From Ophelia neglecta (taxonomy: Eukaryota): 64,000 bases of DNA. Numbering within the stretch: the stretch's first letter is position 1; every line of letters starts with the position of its first letter. The notes under the pieces were generated by a model that worked only from the letters and a program-made list of their open reading frames with translations, made no database searches and was not told the origin of the DNA. Made by a program: the position numbers and the translations under genes. The stretch covers positions 47,740,001-47,804,000 of the forward strand of contig OZ260661.1 of NCBI GenBank assembly GCA_965285935.1. Direction: 5' to 3'. Positions 35,052-50,000 of the stretch are shown piece after piece.

Positions 35052-38000
35052 AGGCTTTAAGCCCAGTAGTTCATTAATCTGAATCTACTGGATGCACATG
35101 TACATGAAGATCTATGTCCCTTGTGTCATCAGTTGATTTCAGAGAGAAAAAGTATCTCTACCTCACATGTGAAATAAGTTTCATGCTTCATTTGAATGAT
35201 TTTAACACTCAAATTTCAAGGAGAAAATAATTGACTTCTAAGGAAGGCCCTTGTAATTTCTCAATTTGAAGGGAATTGCACTTCTCTGTGAATTGTGCAT
35301 AAACCTTACTACCCTTGTACATGTGTATATTAACCTTACAGTCATTCATGTAGAAATTTGGAGGCAAGAGTCCTGGGACTCGATAATGAAAAGAAATGTT
35401 AGTCCTTATGACAAATTACTGAGTCCTCAATGTAGTTTAAAGCCATCATGTTTAAATTTAGTTAGTGATCGGGCTTGCTTCAGTGCACAAGTGCACGTCC
35501 ATTTGGGAAATTGCAAGTTAAAGCTGGGACCAATAAGCTGGGATCCAATTTTCGTCTCAGGTTAAAGGCTTCTTCTTCCATGAGTAAATCATGATTTTTA
35601 ACTTATGATTATAACTTAGTGGCAATTAATACTCAGCTGCAATTATCATTGTTTCAACACATGCTTATCATTTTGTGGGATGTTTATTAATGTTTTTGGC
35701 CAGGGGTAGAGGTATTTCCAGGACCCCCAACCCCCACTTCATATAATAGGCACATGTAGTACTCATATACATGTATATGTAGTTTCCTTTGCGATTTTAA
35801 TATTTTGCATTTAAAGATGACAGAGGTATGTGTAGCTGTATGTATAAAATTAGACCAGCAGCCTGTCCAGTTATGGGCAATATTCTGATATGTTGTTTTT
35901 ACATTGTCTCTGGATATACCCTCTCATACCTAAGACATATAGGCTTAATCAGGTCTAGGGTAACATTGTTGGCCACATGTTGTTTCTAAGAGTTTAGTGC
36001 AACAGAGTATAAGCAGTCATTGCTGCTTTGCTGAACTGGCTACTACTCACCAGCAGTGATCATTGATATGCCAGCCAGACAGACTGCTTTCAACTGATGC
36101 CATCACAGTAAAAGCCAAGGCTATGCTAACTCAGTGAAAATGACTGTACACATAAGTTGTATCCACATGGAAACCTGCTGCGCTGCTCCTACAGTGTACA
36201 CCTGACAATATAGAATGATCCATATTTAGATAATCTGCTGGATTTCAGCCAATCACACCTGTACTTAAACAGGTCAACTCAGCACCAGCCGTACATTGAG
36301 CCATTGGATGCCATTGCATCAAGGACAACAGACAGGAATTATAATATGATAATGTTAATGAATTCAGCTGTCTTAAAGCTGTATTTAAACATGACTCATG
36401 TGCCAGACTCCCTGTGCCATGTGGCCAATAATGACATCACTGCTGAATGCTTACATTCCTGGAAATTCCTGACTGCGACTTAAAAGCTCACTTCTGGGCT
36501 GAACTATTGTGTGATACAAAGCGGCGTGTGGCTTGAGGGCATCCATTGTGTCTTCAATGCACAACCTTAAACTGGAATACCATTACAGGTTGCAATTATT
36601 GGAAATTCTTAAAGATGGCAGGCTCTGGTGGGGATGATAATTATCGGGTGAAGTTTGTGAAGGCCAATATGAAGCTGACATTTCAGGTGGAGATGGAGAC
36701 AGAGTGGTCAGTGGTGGAGGAGGGGGGCTGTATGGTCAGCCCCAGTTTACTGGTAGGCTTCCAATCTTTGTCAAGTTTACATATGTTGTCTGCATAAAAC
36801 CTACAGTTTTAGAAACTGTGCATGCATTTGTTCAATCATTATGTATTTTAGTCAGGATTAATGTGCCACACCCTCCTACAGAAAATACCCTGAGCTAATG
36901 TTTGTATTTTGACTTTGGTATTGGTGGGTGTTCATGTGACCATGTGGACAGTTGATATCAAACTGGACAACTTGTGACATGTTGACATCTCATGTCAGCT
37001 TGATTGCACTAAGTTTGGTCCAATAATTAATAATCGACAGTTTAAATGGTAGAGCTCCTGAATATTTGATACATACATGTATGATATAAGCTACATGTAC
37101 TCCATGTATAGCAGTCTGATGCAGCTTTAAGCCATACCTGGCACTCACATCACATTTCTTTCCCATTGCTTTGGGTTGTTTTGTTTTCCATGGCTTGCCT
37201 ACTGCTACGCACAAGTGAATCATTGATTTTTTCATAAATCATTATTTCCCAATGGAATAATTTCTTGATTTCAGCCATTGTCTGTTGATGGTGGGAGTTG
37301 TGCAGGTACATAAACACAAAAATACTTGCACACAAAAATACACTTCTACCAACTGAAGCAGAGTGGTGCACTTATTTCTATCTTATTGCTATGGATGGGG
37401 ATGTATAAATGTAAATATGTCACTCCTGTACATATATTTATATATATTTTCTATTTTGGAGTAGCTGCATTGAGGAAAGCAGCTCAATGCATGTAATCCT
37501 TAAAACATTAAATATTTGGCGGATATTTTTTTATACAGCTGTTGTTTGTTTTTGAGCTGGTTATTCAGATTTGTTCTCAAAATCACAGTCAGTTGTATTG
37601 GATGCCATAAACACGAAAAACATGTACAAAAACAGTGTAAAACTGTATTGTTACATATGTTTCTAGGAAGGAAAACTGTATTTTATATGAAACTAGAACT
37701 TTGCATTTTAAGGTTAATCTACCACATGTCTATAAAAATGAATAATGCTATGTCAATTAATGTCTACTCCATGCATTATTGGGTTACTTGGTCACTGTCT
37801 TACAGATATATACCTTTGACTAGCTGGAAACCTGGCAACACAGGTTATCTGTAAAGTGGATGACAAATAACCTTGCCCCCCCCCCCCCCCCTCTTGACTA
37901 ATCATGCAAGTTCCTTTAGAGCATGTTTGAGGATATAGGTTATATTGTGATATGCTAGTAAGGGATAGAGTTCATGTCATGTTAATCTCTCCATCACAAA

Positions 38001-39266
38001 TCCGTCCCCCCTCGGCAGTAAATAATGCTACCTTAACCAGTAATGTAACCAATTCTGCCTGCTCCCTCCCTCCCACTCGTGCCCTCCCCTCCTTCCTCCT
38101 TCTGCTGCCCCCCTCCCCCTTTCTTCATCCCACCCCTACAATAATGAAGCAAGCAAGTTCATGTTAATCCAAATCCTTCTAGTATACCCAGTATATGAAG
38201 ATACAGTATGTATAAACACTGTATCTAGCATGGCCAGGTGCCAATAAAAAATCAATTTATTGAATTGTCCATGAATATAGATGAGGCAGAAATACTTCCC
38301 TCATATAAACAAAGTCAGTTGGATTAAGGTTGCTGGTAATTGAAGTTAATTAAAACTAATTACATCTTATTGATCTATGCTAACATGACCAGGGTCAAAT
38401 AATTGAATTAACATGACGGCAGACATTTCTTTCACCTTAAAGTTTGTAAATTTAACTTTTCCTGTGGTGGTCCTTGGTGAAATATGTAATACATGTACTT
38501 GTTTTTTACATAAGGTTCTGTTGTCTGAGGCACAGACATTTGGGGCACTTCCTGGTAGGTGTCTTTACTGCACATGAAAACATCATTATGTTTCCAGCCT
38601 TGCAGGCCGTCAATAAAATTTATAAAAATGTACCAGATGACCACATGTAATGTGTATTTTGTTACCAGAATAGTATGACTGTTAAGAATGTTAAATGTTT
38701 GGTGTGGTCCCCCTTAAAGTAGACATCCTTATCATAACAAAAAAATAATTGCAAGGTAGGCTTGCATTCAAAAGCAACAATTTGCTGTTTGATATGGATT
38801 CCCCAGCATGTCTGTCTATTGACCCTGCAGTCCCAGCCGGTCACTGGTCCATAAGATCAACATCTTATATCTTTGATTGACCTGGCCTGATTGATCAGAG
38901 TTAACAGGTTCACTGTATGGTATGTTATTCTATATAAATAGGGTTAAGTTCTGAAGAGAATGTAGCTAGAAAGGGTTGTTTTTGAAGGTTAATATGTCAC
39001 CTAAACAAGGGTAAGTTTTACCAAATCTCCCAAACCACGGGTCTTATAATAATCATTTGCAGTGTAATAACAGAAGCACAATGTGTTATCTTTTGGACAT
39101 ATATTGTTATTTTGGGCAAGGAGTCCAAAATGTTTTGTTTATTTGAAAGACCTTTCCTACCAAGGTACTTTTTGTCATATTTCCCTTAGCAGACATAAAC
39201 ACTCACCCCCCCCCCACCCCCCCCAGAGTCAGACCTTTAGTCTAATGTCTTAATTCCTGGAAGCTC

Positions 39267-42200
39267 TTATCTTAGAAACCATAAACCACCACCCTTTGAT
39301 AAACATATACCTGCTGTTCCTGTCTTTATCACAGCTCCAGTCAATTTACCATGTAGTTCCTTGTACACTTTTCTTGGTCTGTATGTGGCAACCAGTTTCC
39401 CTGATACCAGTGACTTGTGTGCTTTCCATTTGGTAGCCAAGTCTCTCGTTGAAACATTCTTATTTGAAATGGAATCAGTTTTAATTTGTAATCTTTCATG
39501 TTGCTTTCTGTGATGATAACAATTATCCCTTATTCTGGGCAGAGCATCAGATGGCTTTGTCGTACTTTTTCTAAAATATCCATATTTTGTGTTTTCATAT
39601 GGACTTGTTTCATGCCCTGCTTGCTCAGTTTTACCAGCATCCCTGGTTGGCACTTCAGATGGGTTTAATGCTTGCTCTTGTATGTCCTCATTTGGACTGG
39701 GATGATCTTGTTTACATGCTGAGCAGACGACAGATATACAACAGCAAACACCTGAAGTTGTGTGATCTGATGGCACTGAACCTCCACTAGCCATATGGGC
39801 AGAATCTGATGCTGTTTCTATAAGTGTTGACACTATAACACTCCGCTAAAATGGAACATTACCGGTAACACAACAGTGGTTAATTAATGGAAACTACAGA
39901 AATTTGTTGTGGGTGATTTTCGTCCGTGGAATATACATGTAATGTGCCTGTAGTTAAAAACCAAACCTATTTATGCATACTGGTGACTAGTAATCCATTT
40001 CACCACAGGCATCACCGCAATCCATTTTTGTTTTTCATCATCATATTCCACTGTCTTATTAACTGTCAAATATGTACTCCTATTATTCAGTTACATGGAC
40101 ATGTACATGTATGTCGGTCACACCCCTTTTGTTCTGTTGTTCCTCATATGATGTCTAATTTGTACCTAGGTGCTGGTGCAGTAAGTGCTGGGTTTGACCA
40201 CCTGATATATACAGTTTCCTAGTTTTAATATCATAACTCACATGCACAACACACCCCTAAGGCTACTTGGAGGTGCACATCTCAATCAGTTAACTATACT
40301 TGATAAAACTGCAGTCACCAGATGCTGTGCGATGTGTCCTGTGGTTGATAACAATTATTATCATATGATACTTTTTTAAGTAGGCAGCCAGAAGGCCTTA
40401 CACACAATGTGGTCAACATTGACTGTGCCGAGTTCACTGTACATGTACAAGTATAATTTGAAGACATTCTCTATGTAAAATTCACACCTAAATAATACAT
40501 GTTTATTATTTGCTTTTCATGTTTATTCTCAGGTAGATCCTTGTGCCTGAAATTTTCATTTACTTACTGGTTCTGCCTCTTTTGTTTGTATGTGAAAATT
40601 CCCTAGTTAGGATTTAATATTGACCCTTTACACGTTTATAAGTTAATTTGTAGTTGTCAGACCGAATGATATAAAGTTAAACAGATTCCTACTTCAGCTA
40701 CTTTAAAAGGGTTCCTCACAACCAAGCTCTAATAGTAATAGACAAACTGAGTAGTAATAATAAAAATGAAAATAGATTATATAAAACCCAACATACATTG
40801 GCAACAAGAAAAAAGATACTTTGATATCATGTAATACAAAATAAGGTACCTGACAATAAAACTTTTAATGTTTGCAATGATATTGATAAAAAAAATTTTT
40901 TTTAGCCAGATTCAAGCTACTGAAGTGTGAGGAGTAGATACTTTGGATTCTTGTCATATACTCAAAGTTTTAAATATTTTAGCATCTAACATTAATTATG
41001 CCAGATACTCATTGATTTAATAGTAAAGTGTAGCATTTTTAATTTTTGAAGGCTAGCAAATAATTTCAGCTTCAACGAAAGTTTTGTGTGCATGAGAAGA
41101 AAAAATTCTGTGCAGTTTAAAATGATTACAATGTTTGTATAATGTATACATGTACCGTTAGGATATATATCAATTGTGAAAATATCTTATACCATTTATT
41201 TAACACTATGTTGAAATTTTGCTAACAAATTCACAAATCAGACCAGCATTTTGATGTACATGTCCTCTCTACCTTTAGGCACTGTGTTTTTTACAGGTCA
41301 AGTTTTTGTAATGGCCTGGTCCTTGGCGTCATTATGCTAAACTAGCCGCTTGATACCTTACAAGGGCACTGACTGTCGCTGTAATGGCTCTTGACAAATG
41401 TAACCATTTGTTGTCCTAATAGTTGGTGGCATTGAATTGTTTGTCTGCATGAAGGAGGTCCTTGAGGGTTTCCAATACTTAGAACCACGCACTGCTGGAA
41501 TAGAGTTGGAAACTTCCAAACCAAAATGCACATTCAGTATAAACATATTTTTATGGTATCTTTTGTGTATGTTGTTGATAGAGTTTAATAAACTACTATA
41601 CCAGGTCCCGATCAATCTCTATAAGTTCTGAAGGAAATACATCTACTTGACTATGTGTACTTTTGGCAACAAAGTTGATAGTCATTTGAGAAGTAAAATA
41701 AAACTTCATGACCATTTATAACAGTCAATATTAAGTCTGGAATAAACTGAATGCAGATTAAGAATTCAATATTCTACGATTAGTTGAACAAACTCTTTCA
41801 TGAAAATACTTAACATTTTCCCTGTATACAGGTCGTGCCAGGCACCATTTTTCATGTCAGACAGATTTCAATATGAATTGTTAAAAGTCATGTTGGTTTT
41901 AACCAAAGTATTCAACTTACTTAATACCTAATGTTTTACAGTATCTTACTTTTGGTTAATTGCCTGGAATTTCACTCAATTTCAACCTGCCAATTTCATC
42001 AGTAAAAACAATGTGACAATGATCATTGTATTTTAACCAGCGAAGATTTGTCATTCGGGAACATACTGGGTAATATGTATTTACCAGCTACCATCACGTA
42101 ATTGGCATTTTTTGGCACTCAGCCGATAAGTTTTCACTTGCCTGTCAGATATACATGGTATTTGCCGGTAGGAAGATACCTCAATGAATGGCTTTGTCTT

Positions 42201-43100
42201 GGTGCAAGGTATCTGGCTTCATTCTGACTCACACTGCTTAACACCATAGGATAAAGGTTTGATCCCTAACTTCTGTGGATACTGTGTACTTTTTTCTCGG
42301 ATTTTCTGACTCTGTTTTTCTGGGAGGATGTTTCCTGCATATGTCTCTATCATTCAGCTTTTATACAAATGGATGGTAAGTTTCTTGTTCTTTGTCAGCA
42401 ATTTGTTCACTAATTTGTTGCCTGGAGTCACACTCTAAATATTGTCTTTCAAAAGTTTCAAATTCAAATTCATGTACCATTTTAAATGAGCTAGAATAAG
42501 TGCTTTGAATGTGAAAATGTTGCAAAGCATGTCGAAGCAAGATAGATGCCTGTAGATGAAAATTTTCTACGCCCAATATGTGTAAGTTTGAAGGAAAAGC
42601 TTCTAAAAATCTTTGGTAAATGTTTGCAATTATTTTGTTTCATTTTTTATGAGGTTTCAATAAATATTTTCACTCTTTTTCACAGATCTGAAAGTTCAGC
42701 GTGTCCCCCCAAAAGTTCTAAGCATATGCAGCTGATATGCCATCATCTTGGCATTGCTTTAAACTGATATTGGAGTCTTCATATTTAACTATGTTCCTTG
42801 TTCATAATCATAGCTTGGATTTGTAATAGGTTATTTTTGTTATTACCAGGGTATTTTGTGCTATGAAAACCCCTGGCTTGTTGCCATTTAGCAGGATAAT
42901 AATTAAGGTCTATTTTTGCTTAGGTGTAGATAATATTTTAAGAGGATCATTACTTAACAACAATTACAACAAAAGTTGCTATTCCCTCAGGAAATAACAA
43001 AATCAGACCCCATGTGCTCAGGAAATCTTTGCTTATTAAGTTTTGTACCATGAAACAATATTTACTTGCTCATCCTTGAAGAAAGTAGGCAAGCTATTGT
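39267..43100 (-). pseudogene. Decayed BTB-BACK-Kelch (KLHL-like) gene nested antisense in the CEP170 5' intron
   Basis: BTB-like LNKQRFPEHMGSDFVIS*GNSNFCCNCC from 43040; BACK-like ISCICLELLGGHAELSDL*KRVKIFIETS from 42736, ILAHLKWYM 42497-42471, ILPEKQSQ 42329-42306; Kelch KLYISGG 40217-40197 spliced across the GT-AG intron 40165-40063 to VNKTVEYDDEKQKWIAVMP. Confidence 0.65.
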
Positions 43101-44942
43101 TGGTATTCATGTATAAACTTCTCCAAGTTATTTCCAACACACAGGCTCCAGAACCTTACTGGTCTGTCTGTTAAAGCTTATAATCTCCTATCTAGAGATT
43201 TTGATGTATTGATCAAGGTTTTTATACTAGTAACTTACACTATTTATGACTTGAATTGTAAGCGGGCAATTTGCATGGCCATAGGGCCACCGCTAAAATG
43301 TGCTCAAGAGACCTAACCTGAATGATTAGCCCATAGAATTGCTACAATCTGCACCAACTTGTACAATTAGATGTATTTGGAATGTACATTTCCATGCACT
43401 TGCTTCAAGGAACTTGAAATAATTTTTTCTAAACTAGATCATTCATAATATTTGATTATATATTGAGATATACTCTGATCATGAACTCATGGCTACATTG
43501 TAGATGCCTGTAGGCATAGCTAGATATTTATGAGTTCTAGCTTGGCAGTCAAATATTGGTAATAGAAGTGTCTAAAACTCTTAGTAAATCATGATTTTAG
43601 GGTACACTCTGTATGTAATTATACCTGAGCCAAGATTATATATCTTATAGAGGTTTTATTGGCAGATTGGCTTTGTCTTGATTTGGACTAATCTTTGGTC
43701 TCCACCTGTGCATATCACACGGTATCAGGTACACCTGACTTCTTGACAACAGCCAGCCATATGCTGTTTTTGTGTCTTACATACTCATATGTTCATATAT
43801 ACCAGTTCCTTGTGACAAAATATTATTGCAACAGCTGGGATTTTTGCTATTTTGCTAAACGTTTCACTGCGCACCATCCAACATTTGACTTGTGCATTTT
43901 GCCGTATCCGGCCTGCATGATATTTTCTCTGTGTGAATAATGAAGAGATAAAGACAAAATTATCTTGGATTCATTTACATTTACAGTTAATTTGCATTAT
44001 TGTAATCACTGGCATTTGATATACATGTACTGTAATGATTTGTTCAGCGGAAGGAATGGCTATTGTGCTCTTGGCCATTATGTGCTAGTACTGTGGTAGT
44101 GAAACAATGACGCAAGTGGGGCCAAACCTCAGCAGAAAAGTTAGTAGAAATGTCCGGAATCTACATACATGAGCTGTTAACATCTAAGCTCTTACAAACT
44201 GGAATATATTTACGGACCAAGTCTCAGCTCAGATTCAGGTGTTAACCCATGACATGCATGGTCAATGCTGTACGTCATACACATATCTTTAGTCTCGTGA
44301 ATTCTTAAGGATTTGAAATGGGCCAAACCACCTGGGGATCTGTATAATGAAGATACCAGATGAACTAAAATACACCACCCAGCTATTCTGTAATTTGCAT
44401 CACTGTTGGCCACCAATTGATTGATGCTTTGGGATAAACTGTGGAAAATAAGTCTAAATTGTGAAGAACTAGACCAAATTTATTGAGGAAATTGTGTAGT
44501 GTGATAAAGCTCTCTGTGGAAAAGGATAGACTTTCTTCTGATTTGTCATTTACTTAGATTCCTGATGTGTCATGCCCCAACTAGTATCTAGTCTGTGGTA
44601 CAAACATAAAGCTTTATTTAATACAGTAGGCATGTGTCAGCCAATATTATGTGATGTGGTACGTCAGCAGACACACCAGACACTAATGACTGTGGAATTT
44701 GTTCTATTTAATAACAGACACTTAGAACTTCACCAAGTGAAGTGACTTCCTCTATGTTGATGATGTTGTGATAGAAAGGTTAAAGTCTTAACACTGATTA
44801 TCTTGATGTTGTTTGGATTAGGATTTCTATATTCCTGGATATACTGTTTGGAATAATGGTTAAACATTATTTAAAGCTTGTTTTGTTGAAGATGCTGTAA
44901 CACTGGAATTGAATGCAAAGATTGTAGAAAAAACTTGATAAA

Positions 44943-45332
44943 ATGACTGGTAAACATTTCTTCAAGAAGTGGCTGACACCCAAAGGTCGTAAGAAGGAGC
45001 ATGCAGCAGCCGCGGGAGTTCATATTCCTCCCACCCTAAAGGACGATGATGATGGAGGCTTCCTGAACAGGGTTCATGGTGGACATCATACATCAGGGCA
45101 GGGAGGGATCTTGAGAAGGAATGGCAGGGGAAACGGGAGCCCTCAACATAGAACCTCCTGGCCTAACAGAGGGGCCCGCAATGGGTTTGTTCCCTATGAG
45201 GACCCCTGTGTTGATTATTACCCTCCTCCCCCTGTCAGTGATACATGTAGTATTTTCTCAGAGGACAGTCTGATGATAACTCCCTCTCATAGTATGTCAA
45301 GTGTGGACCAGATCTCCTTCTACCAGGAACAG
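44943..45332 (+). CDS. CEP170: Candidate alternative first coding exon of CEP170 (130-aa N-terminal extension)
   Basis: AAA-ATG start, GC-richer coding-like sequence, 130 codons ending CAG|gtagga in phase 0; joins in frame to the phase-0 exon at 52829. Confidence 0.65.
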
Positions 45333-46771
45333 GTAGGACCTACATGTATTACAGTCATCTACATGATCACAGTCATTCCTGTAAGAAAGCTAGAGATTGA
45401 ACCGGTCATGGTTGTACCAAATATTAATTGAAAGTATTTGTAAGCTGCTTAAAATCTGGCCATTGGGCTGTATTTTAAACTTCTTACATTTCTTATAATA
45501 TATAATTGCATGCATTTATGGATATACAATATATGCAAACATGTACAAATACTTCCTGATCCAGACCTGTTTTAGGCAATTCTAAGAATGTATTACCTAA
45601 CATTGGGAAAATAAGCATCATCTCTGCTTTTACTTTACACATCTAGCTCTGGGCCTCTCTCTGCTGTCAAATACAGCAGCTGAATTGATAGCCTTACCCA
45701 TCATGCCTCTTTTAAAAAGTAGGGTCACATATAACATTTGGTTTTATCCTGTTCTGTTCTGTCTTATACAGTCCTGTCCAGTCCAGGCTGTACAACTTAC
45801 TCTCTAATTTTATCGTTTCTCCACTTATTCACTTGATGGCTGTTCTTAATGCATTATAGTATTGCCCAGTAGTAACTTGCAATAGGCTTACTGTTTTTGA
45901 CACTGCTGTGAACAACAAATAATTCATTTATTAACAGAGATGTGACAGTTAATACTTCACACTTTTATGGCTGCTAATGGTAATTGGAGATACCATAACC
46001 TTCATAGTGGGGCTCACCTTATGAAGAAATAGTTCTCTTAATATTTTGCTATTGCCAGAATACTCCTGTTTTGGAATCTTGATCATGTGTAGCAAACTAA
46101 TAAATGTTGTAATTGTGTCCAGTTTTCTGAAGGGAGATGAGTCTTAAAAACAATATGTCAGATTTGACCTAAGGAACAATATTTCGTCTTGTCAATAACT
46201 GTGTCCTTTGCAGTTACCATGCTCAGTGGTGTTGGAGTGTACTTGGGATCACTAGTTACAACTATTATGTGCACATTAGTTTCCACCCATGCAAATAACA
46301 TATTTTTAGCATTTCAGATTTTCTAAATATTAGTAAGACCTACATGTAGGTTACAAATTTCCAAATATGTGATAACCTAGATATGTTGTAGTTAAAATTA
46401 ATCAACTGTTCCAAGAGGGCAAAGAACCAAGACCAAACATCAATGAAGTCTGTTCACAAACAACTGAGAAATAAGCATTTTCAATTGATAAAATGGAACC
46501 TTGACATATAAAAAAATCAGAGTAAAAAAATAAAAGGATTTCCAGGGAATTGTTTTATAAATGGCAGAGATATATGTGTTGCAATGGAATTGTCAAAGGG
46601 CCAAGTTAAGGTCTGGTTCAGCTCAAATACTAAAAGAGGTAGATTTTTCATGAATTTATACTTGGCATTTGAAACATATACATGTATAAGGGTCACGCCC
46701 ATCGAGGTGGATTTTGTTTTTTTAAATGGCATGCCAAGTGGATGCTGTTTTCATGTGTTACCTTGCTTCAA

Positions 46772-47051
46772 CTCTTTCACGGCCACTATTGACTTTTTCA
46801 ACATTATCCAATTACTGCCAATGTTGTCTTTTGTCAACAATATGTTTCTTTGTCATTTTCGATGTCACACCAAGTAGCGGAACAAGTACAGTTACTATGG
46901 CAACTGCTGGAATATTACATACCCGGTATGTAGCTAAACGCATTACCTATGGAAGTTTGAAGTTTAATACCAATAAAATGTGATACATATAAATGGAAAT
47001 AAATTGGCACACACTGGTATGAAGCTGGGATAACCTTTGGCAGTGAAAGAG
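46772..47051. mobile_element. piggyBac-like MITE carrying an RFX X-box
   Basis: TIRs CTCTTTCACGGCCA / TGGCAGTGAAAGAG (13/14 match) flanked by TCAA and TTAA; GTTACTATGGCAAC at 46891-46904. Confidence 0.65.
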
Positions 47052-50000
47052 TTAACCATATCAATGGCAGATGAAATTAATTAATTTGTATAGACATGTG
47101 GTGCCATTTAACCTACTGCCATTGCACACCTTAACACGTAACATACCTTGTGGGTTTTCTCTTGGAGGCGGAGGTCTCTTTGTAGTTTAATTTGATGTCG
47201 GTTGTGAATTATGATTCCAAACCATGTCCTTTAGAATCATGTGAATGTTAGCATGGTTCAAACGGCCCTGTCACCATTAAATGTATCTTTCCTATAACAA
47301 TTGGCACATGTACACGAATATGTACTGTATGCTGATGTAACAGGATAAATGCATTATCAGACATGCAAATCACAGAATCATAAAAAACCATCTCTAAACG
47401 GAATCATAAGATTTCTGAAAGTCACATACTAAAACAAAAATAAAATATGGAAATATAGTTCTAGCTTCAGAACACAAGTAGTCACTACGACCATAAACTG
47501 AGAATTTCTTGTTCATCCCTATCGGTAATCATTTATAACCTCACTCACCTTCCCAAAATCATAATACACCGAGAACTACATGTACATGTACGTAGGACAT
47601 TTGGAATTATGACAGAATGTGCTACTCTTCTGTGAATTTTTCGAGTTTTGTTGTAAAAACAATGTCATGATTCACAGATAGAATTACTTGCGCATTATGG
47701 GATTCTTATGTCTAAAGGTGGAGGATGTTATGATTCTGCTCAAGGCTATCAAGATTCTTCGGCATGTGTATCTATCGAGAAAAAATCATCACAGGTGGCC
47801 CTTTATTGGAGGGGCCCTACATCACAGGGACCACTGTACATAGTAGTTACAAAGTAATGTATAGAAGTAAGACTAGTAGTTTGCTATAGCCATATTCTAT
47901 TAACTTCCCTGATATTTAATAATCCTACACTCTTTGTGACCCTGGTTAATGATTAACAAACCCCATAGAAGGGTATTATGTATAGTGGAATCCGATTCAA
48001 AAACCTGAGGTGGTAAACTTTTACATATTTTACATTACATGTCCATATTGAGGATGCATTGTTTCCTTCAACTTTAACTGGCCTTCAGGGACATTTATAG
48101 CTAAGAAGTTGCACTGCTTTACCTCAAGGTAAACATAAGTATTCCGCCAAACATATTGGTTCAGTATTAAATTAAAGTTTAACTCGATGGCGTATGAAAT
48201 TCTTCATGGTTGAACTCTTTGAAGAAAACCTTGCAGTTCATTGTATTTCAGCTTTTAGACATTCCTATATTGCTTGTAAATTTATCTTTCCATAACAGAT
48301 AAGTGGTCCTCCCTCTACTAAGGTTTCTGTTGTTCCTAGTGCTAATAGACTGATTTTCCTCAGACTGTTCATGTTTGCTTGTGCATAGGCCATTTAAAAC
48401 TGTGATTATACAGATTCAGGGCATTCTCAAATGACTGTGACACTCTTCAAACCCCGGCTGCTGTAATCAAGTTTCACATTCATTTGAACATTTCATGTGA
48501 AATGACTTTTCACTTATTATAATGAATTGACTATCATTGTACCATTGTATTTGATTACATTATGTGTGGTTTCATTGGTCCTTTATTGTTAGATTGTTCA
48601 TGTCACCCTGTTTTGCTTGTTGGCAACATTCATTTGGTTTGTCCCAGACAGCAAAAAAAAAATACTATCATTAATTTGACTTTTCAACAATGTTAACATA
48701 AAAATGGTGACAAGCATCATATATTGTTTGGCTGCTTAAATTTAATGATACCCCAACAGGGCCATATTGAAAATAATTATATTTGTATTAATAATTAAAA
48801 ACCTGACCTATCATGCTGAAATGTTGGGTTCCCACATATTTATAAAAAATGTTTAGGTTCTGTAACGATCACAAAACTCTGTTTTTAAAGAATGAAACTC
48901 TGCAGTGAAAAACAAAATTTGTAATATAAGTGCTTACTAAAAAAAACATAACATGTTTATACATTTATATACATGTAAATATATTGTAGACATGTATTTA
49001 GAACTGTTTATCAATATTCTATCTTTCTGAGTTTGCCACATTCAAGCCACAGGAATTGTTGCAAGAAATTAAAATAACCACATTTGATTTGTGCAGACAA
49101 AAATGGATAGAGAAATTAAAATGCCCCAAATAATGACAAGAAATTAAATTAGGATTGTTGATTTATATGTAAAGAATACGGGCATGAAACAGTTATGTTA
49201 TTAATAATAAATTAAACTAAGAATTCAGTGCATATTAGGGGCAAAAAGAACAGAAGTCTTTGAAGTTTATGTAGAATTGTAGAACAAAATAACCTAAATG
49301 AAATGAAAAACAATTAAGTTCTTTGTAAAATTTCTATGGTTTAGTTTAGTTTTTGATATGTACGTTCTTTCAAGTTTTACTACCAGTTCATTAAAAAAAA
49401 TGTGCTTAATCCATGCAATTTGAATACAGGAAAGCACAAAACAGTACGGTCACTTGCATTTGTGTTTCAGTAAATTAACATTATAATTACTGCAAAAACT
49501 GTATAATGGACATTATCCCTTATAATAGTTTCACTCAAGAGGTTAAAATACTGCGGAAAAAATACTAAAATCAAGTTTTGCATACAATCATATGAAAAAA
49601 TATTGGGCTGTAGATTATCCAACTTAATGAATGAGTGACACCTACACACATTGGTAACACATGTATATGGAGGTCTATTGGCCCTAAAGGTCAATTTATG
49701 CAATTTTTCTTTCATCGGTTATTAAACCTGCTTAGCATTGACATAGTCTTTAACCAACAGCTCCTACTTTAATTCTGTGCTGGGCAATTATGAAATCAAC
49801 TATTAAAGCCACTTCACTGAAAAGGATAAACTCTTAACAGAAAGGCTGTTTATATTTGGCGAATGGAGTATATATGGTAAATGGACTATAGCTTGAAGTT
49901 TGAATGATTTATTTAATAGTATAAATATACTGCAGATGTTTATGTACATGTATATATAGTACAGTTTCTGACTTGACTGTTTATAAATCCATTTATTATC

